A DNA stretch of 64,000 nucleotides from the human T2T-CHM13v2.0 reference genome, Homo sapiens, in assembly GCF_009914755.1 (NCBI RefSeq), contig NC_060933.1; one strand, 5' to 3'. The translations under genes were made by a program, and so were the position numbers. The notes under the pieces were generated by a model. The model was not told the DNA's origin, did no database searches, and saw nothing but the letters and a program-made list of their open reading frames with translations. Below are positions 54,511 through 64,000 of the stretch, in pieces (the stretch's first letter is position 1; every line of letters begins with the position of its first letter).

Positions 54511-57500
54511 CAACCCGAGTGCAATGGAATGGAGAGGAATGGAATGGAATGGAATGGAAACTACCCGAATGGAATGGAATGTAATGGAGTGTAAGGGAAT
54601 TGAATAGAATCAATCCGAATGGAATGGAATGGAATAGAACGGAATGTAATGTAATGGAATGGAATGGAATCAACCCGAGTGCAGGGGAATGGAATGGAAT
54701 GGAATGCAATGGAATGGAATCATCCGGAATGGAATGGAATGGAATGCAATGGAATGGAATGGAATGGAATCAACCCGAGTGCAATGGAATGGAGTGAAAT
54801 GGAATGGAATGGAATGGAGACAACCAGAATGGATTGGAATATAATGGAGTGTAAGGGAATTGAATAGAATCAATCTGAATGTAATGAAATGGAATGGAAC
54901 GGAATGGAATGGAATGGAACGGAATGGAATGGAATGGAATGCAATGGAATGGAATCAACCCGAGTGCAATCGAATGGAATCGAATGGAATGGAATGCAAT
55001 GGAATGGATTCAACTTGAATGGAATGGAAAGAATGGAATCAACACGAGTGGAATGGCATGGATTGGAATGGAATGGAATGGAATCAACCCGAGTATAGGG
55101 GAATGGAATGGAATGGAATGCAATGGAATGGAATCATCCGTAATGGAATGGAAAGGAATGGAATGGAATGGAATGGAATGGAATGGAATCAACTCGATTG
55201 CAATCGAATGGAATGGAATGGAATTAACCCGAATAGAATGGAATGGAATGGAATGGAACGGAACGGAATGGAATGGAATGGAATGGAATGGAGTGGAACG
55301 GAAAGGAAGGGAATGGAATGGAATAGAATGGAATGGAATGGAATCAACGCGAGTGCAGGGGAATGGAATGGAATGGAATGTAATGGAATGGAATCTTCCG
55401 GAATGGAATGGAATGGAATGGAATGGAATGGAATGGAATGGAATGGAATCAACCCGAGTGCAATGGAATGGAGTGGAATGGAATGGAATGGAATGGAACA
55501 ACCCGAATGGAATGGAATGGAATGGAGAGTAAGGGAGTTGAATAGAATCAATCCGAATGTAATGGAATGGAATGGAACGCAATGGAATTGAATGGAATGG
55601 AATGGAATGCAATGGAATGGAATCAACCCGAGTGCAATGGAATGGAGAGGAATGGAATGGAATGGAATGGGAACTACCCGAATGGAATGGAATGTAATGG
55701 AGTGTAAGGGAATTGAATAGAATCAATCCGAATGTAATGGAATGGTATGGAACGGAATGGAATGGAATGGAATGGAATGGAATGGAATGGAATGCAATGG
55801 AATGGAATCAACCCGAGTGCAATCGAATGGAATCGAATGGAATGGAATGCAATGGAATGGATTCAACTTGAATGGAATGGAAAGAATGGAATCAACACGA
55901 GTGGAATGGCATGGATTGGAATGGAATGGAATGGAATCAACACGAGTACAGGGGAATGGAATGGAATGGAATGCAAAGGAATGGAATCATCCGTAATGGA
56001 ATGGAAAGGAATGGAATGGAATGGAATGGAATGGAATCAACTCGATTGCAATCGAATGGAATGGAATGGAATTAACCCGAATAGAATGGAATGGTACGGA
56101 AGGAATGGAATGGAATGGAATGGAATGGAATGGAATGGAATGGAATGGAATGGAATGGAATCAACGCGAGTGCAGGGGAATGGAATGGAATGGAATGCAA
56201 TGGAATGGAGTCTTCCGGAATGGAATGGAATGGAATGGAATTGAATGAAATGCAATGGATTCAACTCGATTGCAATGGAATGGAATAGAATGGAATGGCA
56301 TGGAATGGAATGGAATTAATTCGAATAGAATGGAATGGAATGGAATGGAACGGAATGGAACGGAATGGAATGGAATGGAATGGAATGGAATGGTATGGAA
56401 TAGAATGGAATGGAACGAATTGTAATGGAATGGAATTGAATGGAATGGAATGGAATGGAATCAACGCGAGTGCAGTGGAATGTAATGGAACGGAATGCAA
56501 TGGAATGGAATCATCCGGAATGGAATGGAATGGAATGGAATGGAATGGAATGGAATCAACCCGAGTGCAATGGAATGGAGTGGAATGGAATGGAATGGAA
56601 TGGAACAACCCGAATGGAATGGAATGTAATGGAGAGTAAGGGAGTTGAATAGAATCAATCCGAATGTAATGGAATGGAATGCAACAGAATGGAATGGAAT
56701 GGAATGGAATGGAATGCAATGGAATTGAAACAACCCGAGTACAATGGAATGGAATGGAATGGAATGGAATGGAATGGAATGGAATGATACGGAATAGAAT
56801 GGAATGGAACGAAATGGAATGGAATGGAATGGAATGGAATGGAATGGAGTGGAATGGAATGGAATCGTTCCGAGTGGAATAGGAGGGAATGTATTCGAGT
56901 GGAATGGAAAGGAATGGAATCAACCAGAGTGGAATGGAAGGGAATGGAATGGAATGGAAACTAATAGAATGGAATCAACCCGAGAGGAATGGAATGGAAA
57001 GGACTGGAATGGAATGGAATGGAATGGAATTAAATCGATTGTAATGGAATGGAATGGAATGGAATGGAATGGAATGGAATGGAATTAACGCGAATACAAT
57101 GCAATGGAATGGAATGGAACGGAATGGAGTGGAATGGAATGGAATCAACCCGAGTGCAGGGGAATGGAATGGAATGGAATGCAATGGAATGGAATCATCC
57201 GGAATGGAATGGAATAGAATGGAATGCAAAGCAATGGATTCAACTCGATTGCAATGGAATGGAATGGAATGGAAAGGAATACATTGGAATCAACCCGAGT
57301 GGAATGGAATGGAAAGGACTGGAATGGAGTGGAATGGAATGGAATGGAATGGAATGCAATCAACTCGATTGGAATGGAATGGAATGGAAAGGAATGGAAT
57401 GGAATGGAATTAACCCGAATAGAATGGAATGGAATGGAATGGAACGGAACGGAATGGAATGCAATGGAATGGAAACAACCAGACTGCAGGGGAATGGAAT

Positions 57501-60500
57501 GGAATGGAATGCAATGGAATGGATTCAACTTGAATGGAATGGAAAGAATGGAATCAACACGAGTGGAATGGCATGGATTGGAATGGAAAGGAATGGAATC
57601 AACCCGAGTACAGGGGAATGGAATGGAATGGAATGCAATGGAATGGAATCATCCGTAATGGAATGGAAAGGAATGGAATGGAATGGAATGGAATGGAATG
57701 GAATGGAATCAACTCGATTGCAATCGAATGGAATGGAATGGAATTAACCCGCATAGAATGGAATGGAATGGAATGGAACGGAACGGAACGGAATGGAATG
57801 GATTGGAATGGAATGGATTGGAATGGAATGGAACGGAAAGGAATGGAATGGAATGGAATGGAATGGAATGGAATGGAATGGAATAGAATGTAATGGAATG
57901 GAATGGAATCAACGCGAGTGCAGGGGAATGGAATGGAATGGAATGCAATGGAATGGAATGCAATGGAATGGAATGGAATGGAATGGAATGGAATGGAATG
58001 GAATGGAATGGAATCAACCCGAGTGCAATGGAATGGAGTGGAATGGAATGGAATGGAATGGAACAACCCGAATGGAATCGAATGTAATGGAGAGTAAGGG
58101 AGTTGAATAGAATCAATCCGAATGTAATGGAATGGAATGCAACGGAATGGAAAGGAATGGAATGGAATGGAATGGAATGCAATGGAATGGAATCAACCCG
58201 AGTACAATGGAATGGAATGGAATGGAATGAAATGGAATGGAATGGAATGCCTTCAAACCGAATGGAATGGAAAGGAATGGAATCAACACGAGTGGAATGG
58301 AATGGAATGGAATGGAATGGAATGGAATGGAATGATACGGAATAGAATGGAATGCAACGAAATGGAATGCAATGGAATGGAATGGAATGGAATGGAATGG
58401 AATGGAATGGAATCGTTCCGAGTGGAATAGGTGGGAATGTATTCGAGTGGAATGGAAAGGAATGGAATCAACCAGAGTGGAATGGAAGGTAATGGAATTG
58501 AATGGAAACTAATAGAATGGAATCAACCCGAGTGGAATGGAATGGAAAGGACTGGAATGGAAAGGAATGGAATGGAATGGAATGGAATGGAATGGAATCA
58601 ACGCGAGTGCAGGGGAATGGAATGGAATGGAATGGAATGGAATGGAATGGAATGGAATCAACCCGAGTGCAGGGGAATGTAATGGAACGGAATGCAATGG
58701 AATGGAATCATCCGGAATGGAATGGAATGGAATGGAATGGAATCAACCCGAGTGCAATGGAATGGAGTGGAATGGAAAGGAATGGAATGGAACAACCCGA
58801 ATGGAATGGAATGTAATGGAGAGTAAGGGAGTTGAAAAGAATCATTCCGAATGTAATGGAATGGAATGGAACGGAATGGAATGGAATGGAATGGAATGGA
58901 ATGGAATGGAATGCAATGGAATGGAATCAACCCGAGTACAATGGAATGGAATGGAATGGAATGGAATGGAATGGAATGGAATGGAATGCAATGGAATGGA
59001 ATCTTCCGGAATGGAATGGAATGGAATGGAATGGAATGGAATGCAATGGACTCAACTCGATTGCAATAGAATGGAATAGAATGGAATGGAATGGAATGGA
59101 ATGGAATTAAACCGAATAGAATGGAATGGAATGGAATGGAACGGAACGTAACGGAACGGAACGGAGTGGAATGGAATGGAATGGAATTGTATGGAATGGA
59201 ATGGAATGTTACGGAATAGAATGGAATGGAAAGAATTGGAATGGAATGGAATCGAATGGAATGGAGTCGAATTGAATGGAATCAACCCGAGTGCAGGGGA
59301 ATGTAATGGAACGGAATGCAATGGAATGGAATCATCCGGAATGGAATGGAATGGAATTGAATGGAATGGAATGGAATGGAATCAACCCGAGTGCAATGGA
59401 ATGGAGTGGAATGGAATGGAATGGAATGGAACAACCCGAATGGAATGGAATGTAATGGAGAGTTAGGGAGTTGAATAGAATCAATCCGAATGTAATGGAA
59501 TGGAACGGAATGCAATGGAATGGAATGGAATGGAATGGAATGGAATGGAATGGAATGCAATGGAATGGAATCAACCCGAGTACAATGGAACGGAATGGAA
59601 TGGAATGGAATGGCATGGAATGGAATGGAATGGAATGGAATCAACCCAAGTGCAATAGAATGGAGAGGAATGGAATGGAATGGAATGGAAACTACCCGAA
59701 TGGAATGGAATGTAATGGAGTGTAAGGGAATTGAATAGAATCAATCCGAATGTAATGGAATGGAATGGAACGGAATGGAATGGAATGGAATGGAATGGAA
59801 TGGAATGGAATCAACCCGAGTGCAATGGAATGGAGAGGAATGGAATGGAATGGAATGGAAACTACCCGAATGGAATGGAATGTAATGGAGTGTAAGGGAA
59901 TTGAATAGAATCAATCCGAATGTAATGGAATGGAATGGAACGGAATGGAATGGAATGGAATGGAATGGAATGGAATCGAATGGAATGGAATGCAATGGAA
60001 TGGAATCAACCCGAGTGCAATCGAATGGAATCGAATGGAATGGAATGCAATGGAATGGATTCAACTTGAATGGAATGGAAAGAATGGAATCAACACGAGT
60101 GGAATGCCATGGATTGGAATGGAATGGAATGGAATCAACCCGAGTACAGGGGAATGGAATGGAATGGAATGCAATGGAATGGAATCATCCGTAATGGAAT
60201 GGAAAGGAATGGAATGGAATGGAATGGAATGCAATGGAATGGAATGGAATCAACTCGATTGCAATCGAATGGAATGGAATGGAATTAACCCGAATAGAAT
60301 GGAATGGAATGGAATGGAACGGAACGGAACGGAACGGAACGGAGTGGAATGGAATGGAATGGAATTGTATGGAATGGAATGGCATGGTACGGAATAGAAT
60401 GGAATGGAAAGAATTGGAATGGAATGGAATCGAATGGAATGGAATGGAATGGAATGGAATCAACCCGAGTGCAATGGAATGGAGTGGAATGGAATGGAAT

Positions 60501-60674
60501 GGAATGGAGCAACCCGAATGGAATGGAATGTAATGGAGAGTAAGGGAGTTGAATAGAATCAATCCGAATGTAATGGAATGAAACGGAATGGAATGGAATG
60601 GAATGGAATGGAATGGAATGGAATGGAATGGAATGCAATGGAATGGAATCAACCCGAGTACAATGGAACGGAAT

Positions 60675-63600
60675 GGGTTTATTCCATTCCATTCCATTCC
60701 ATTCCGGATGATTCCATTCCATTGCATTCCATTCCATTCCATTCCCCTGCACTCGTGTTGATTCCATTCCCTTCCATTCCATTCCATTCCGTTCCATTCC
60801 ATTCCATTCCATTCTATTCCGGTTAATTCCATTCCATTCCATTCCATTCCATTCCATTGCAATCGAGTTGATTGCATTCCATTCCTTTCCATTCCATTCC
60901 ATTGCCTTGCATTCCACTCGGGTTGATTCCATTCCCTTCTTTCCACTCCATTACATTCCCTTCCATGATTGATTCCATTCCATTCCATTCCATTGCCTTG
61001 CATTCCACTCGGGTTGATTCCATTCCCTTCTTTCCACTCCATTACATTCCCTTCCATGATTGATTCCATTCCATTCCATTCCAGTTCATTCCATTGCAAT
61101 CCATTCCAATCCATTCCATTCCATTCCATTCCACTCGAGTTGACTTCATTCCATTCCTTTCCATTCCATTCCATTCCTTTCCACTCGAGTTGATTCCCTT
61201 CCATTCCAATCCATTGCATTCCATTCCATGCCATTCCACTCGGGTTGATTCCATTCCTTTGCATTCCATTCCATTCCATTCCATTCCATTCCATTCCATT
61301 CCATTCCATTCCGTTGCATTCCATTCCATTACATTCGGATTGATTCTATTCAACTCCCTTACTCTCCATTACATTCCATTCCATTCGGATTGTTCCATTC
61401 CATTCCATTCCATTCCACTCCATTCCATGGCACTCGGGTTGATTCCATTCCATTCCATTCCATTCCATTCCGGATGATTCCATTCCATTGCATTCCGTTC
61501 CATTACATTCCCCTGCACTCGCGTTGATTCCATTCCATTCCATTCCTTTCCATTCAATTCCATTCCATTACAATTCGTTCCATTCCATTCTATTCCGTAC
61601 CATTCCATTCCATTCCATACCATTCCTTTCCATTCCATTCCATTCCATTCCATTCCGTTCCATTCCGTTCCATTCCATTCAATTCCATTCTATTCGGGTT
61701 AATCCCATTCCATTCCATTCCATTCCATTCTATTCCATTCCATTGCAACCGAGTTGAATCCATTGCATTTCATTCCATTCCATTCCATTCCATTCCGGAA
61801 GATTCCATTCCATTGCATTCCATTCCATGCCATTCCCCTGCACTCGCGTTGATTCCATTCCATTCCATTCCATTCCATTCCATTCCATTCCATTCCATTC
61901 CGTTCCGTTCTGTTCCATTCCATTCCATTCCATTCCATTCCATTCCGTTCCGTTCCATTCCATTCCATTCCATTCTATTCGGGTTAATTCCACTCCATTC
62001 CATTCGATTGCAATCGTGTTGATTCCATTCCATTCCATTCCATTCCATTCCATTCCATTCCATTCCTTTCCATTCCATTACGGATGATTCCATTCCATTG
62101 CATTCCATTCCATTCCATTCCCCTGTAATCGGGTTGATTCCATTCCTTTGCATTCCAATCCATGCCCTTCCACTCGTGTTGATTCCATTCTTTCCATTCC
62201 ATTCAAGTTGAATCTTTTCCATTGCATTCCATTCCATTCGATTCCATTCGATTGCACTCGGGTTGATTCCATTCCATTGCATTCCATTCCATTCCATTCC
62301 ATTCCATTTCATTCCGTTCCATTCCATTACATTACATTCGGATTGATTCTATTCAATTCCCTTACACTCCATTACATTCCATTCCATTCGGGTAGTTTCC
62401 ATTCCATTCCATTCCATTCCTCTTCATTCCATTGCACTCGGGTTGATTCCATTCCATTGCATTCCATTCCATTCCATTCCGTTCCATTCCATTCCATTAC
62501 ATTCGGATTGACTCTATTCAACTCCCTTAGTCTCCATTACATTCCATTCCATTCGGGTTGTTCCATTCCATTCCATTCCGTTCCACTCCATTCCATTGCA
62601 CTCGGGTTTATTCCATTCCATTCCATTCCATTCCATTCCATTCCATTCCGGAAGATTCCATTCCATTGCATTCCATTCCATTCCATTCCCCTGCACTCGC
62701 GTTGATTCCATTCCATTCCATTCCATTCCATTCCATTCCATTCCATTCCATTCCATTCCTCTCCGTTCCATTCCATAACATTCCATTGCATTCCATTCCA
62801 TTCAACTCCATTCCAATCCATGCCATTCCACTCGTGTTGTTTCCATTATTTCCATTCCATTCAAGTTGAATCCATTCCATTGCATTCCATTCCATTCCAT
62901 TCGCCTGCACTCGCGTTGATTCCATTCCATTCCTTTCCATTCCATTCTATTCCATTCCGTTCCGTTCCATTCCATTCCATTCCATTCCTTTCCATTCCGT
63001 TCCGTTCCATTCCATTCCATTCCATTCCATTCGGGTTAATTCCATTCCATTCCATTCGATTGCAATCGAGTTGTTTCCATTCCATTCCATTCCATTCCAT
63101 TCCGTTCCATTCCATTCCATTACATTCGGATTGATTCTATTCAATTCCCTTACACTCCATTACATTCCATTCCATTCTTGTAGTTTCCATTCCATTCCAT
63201 TCCATTCCTCTCCATTCCATTGAACTCGGGTTGATTCCATTCCATTGCATTCCATTCCATTCCATTCAATTCCTTTCCGTTCTATTCCATTCCATTACAT
63301 TCGGATTGATTCTATTCAACTCCCTTACTCTCCATTACATTCCATTCCATTCGGGTTGTTCCATTCCATTCCATTCCATTCCACTCCATTCCATTGCACT
63401 CGGGTTTATTCCATTCCATTCCATTCCATTCCATTCCATTCCATTCCATTCCGGAAGATTCCATTCCATTGCATTCCATTCCATTCCATTCCCCTGCACT
63501 CGCGTTGATTCCATTCCATTCCATTCCATTCCATTCCATTCCATTCCATTCCTTTCCGTTCCATTCCATTCCATTCCATTCCATTCCATTCCATTCCGTT

Positions 63601-64000
63601 CCGTTCCGTTCCGTTCCATTCCATTCCATTCCATTCCATTCCATTCCATTCCATTCGGGTTAATTCCAGTCCATTCCATTCGATTGCAATCGAGTTGATT
63701 CCATTCCATTCCATTCCATTCCATTCCATTCAATTCCATTCCTTTCCATTCCATTACTGATGATTCCATTCCATTGCATTCCATTCCATTCCATTCCCCT
63801 GTACTCGGGTTCATTCCATTCCATTCCATTCCAATCCATGCCATTCCACTCGTGTTGATTCCATTCTTTCCATTCCATTCAAGTTGAATCCATTCCTTTG
63901 CATTCCATTCCATTCCATTCCCCTGCAGTCGGGTTGATTCCATTCCATTCCATTCCATTCCATTCCATTCCATTCCGTTCCTTTCCATTCCATTCCATTC
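60675..64000 (+). repeat. HSat3 right arm, CATTC on the + strand, subtype B
   Basis: CATTC orientation resumes. B markers present: aactcccttactctcc, attccggaagattcc, ctttccattccattcaagttgaatc. Confidence 0.95.
60901..61082 (+). repeat. Exact 2 x 91 bp tandem duplication of an atypical satellite unit
   Basis: Unit attgccttgcattccactcgggttgattccattcccttctttccactccattacattcccttccatgattgattccattccattccattcc at 60901-60991 and 60992-61082. Confidence 0.93.

Larger units (their letters stand above)
38967..60676 (-). repeat. Inverted HSat3 block (~21.7 kb), GGAAT on the + strand
   Basis: Abrupt switch ccattgcacac-gg-aatggaatgg at 38967-38968 and switch back ggaacggaat-gg-gtttattccattcc at 60675-60676. 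ORFs 38806..39090(-), 60185..61324(-) and 60578..60826(+) change between IPFHS and MEWNG repeats at these points. Confidence 0.97.
1..64000. repeat. Satellite III (HSat3) pericentromeric-type simple satellite array, (CATTC)n/(GGAAT)n
   Basis: Continuous CATTC/GGAAT pentamers across the window with long perfect runs. Interspersed decamers ACTCGGGTTG, AATCGAGTTG and ATTCGGGTTA (reverse: CAACCCGAGT), the classical satellite III signature. No non-satellite sequence seen. Confidence 0.97.

Noticed and set aside
38967-60676. Inverted block as a mobile element
   Set aside because: No terminal repeats, convincing target-site duplication (only a GG), poly(A) tail or coding capacity. The content is the same satellite as the flanks.
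60185-61324. 379 aa chimeric ORF (MEWNG to IPFHS) with a repeated GINPSGMQGNG-type segment
   Set aside because: It simply reads across the inversion junction and the 91 bp duplication. It is useful as a breakpoint marker but is not evidence of a protein.
1-64000. Hundreds of ORFs encoding MEWNG or IPFHS repeats, up to 395 aa (37536..38723)
   Set aside because: A GGAAT/CATTC pentamer has no stop codon in any frame and supplies an ATG every 5 bp. The ORFs overlap in all frames and have no domain content or gene structure.
1-64000. CRISPR-like alternation of conserved decamers and variable tracts
   Set aside because: The intervening tracts are pentamer repeats, not unique spacers, and no cas genes or leader are present.
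1-64000. Satellite II (HSat2) or telomeric repeat assignment
   Set aside because: It lacks the dominant CATTCGATTC / GATGATTCCATTCGAG-type diverged unit of HSat2 and has no TTAGGG arrays. Long perfect CATTC runs with CAACCCGAGT fit HSat3.
1-64000. Assignment to chromosome 9q12 or a named HSat3 subfamily
   Set aside because: Plausible given the inversions and HSE content, but it cannot be established without alignment to a complete assembly. Species (human versus other ape) is also not determinable by eye.

Overview
The whole 64 kb is primate/human-type Satellite III (HSat3): (CATTC)n/(GGAAT)n pentamers interrupted by the diagnostic decamer ACTCGGGTTG/CAACCCGAGT and its variants. I see no genes, RNA genes, transposons or unique sequence. 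All listed ORFs (MEWNG/IPFHS repeats) arise because a GGAAT pentamer has no stop codon in any frame. The real structure is in the array architecture. (1) A ~21.7 kb strand inversion (38967-60676) has two sharp junctions, both falling in the GG of the CGGGTT decamer. (2) Two sequence subtypes are present (my labels A and B), arranged A> <A <B B>, so each junction is a same-subtype fold-back, as expected for an inverted triplication rather than a simple flip. (3) A ~350 bp block of atypical satellite with an exact 2 x 91 bp duplication lies just past the right junction. (4) Subtype B carries a perfect three-unit heat shock element, aTTCcgGAAgaTTCc (19 copies found by eye), while subtype A has only the one-base-off form GGATGA. 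(5) Nested duplications range from ~0.2 kb to ~8 kb. All coordinates and counts were read by eye; the chromosome and formal HSat3 subfamily cannot be assigned without alignment.
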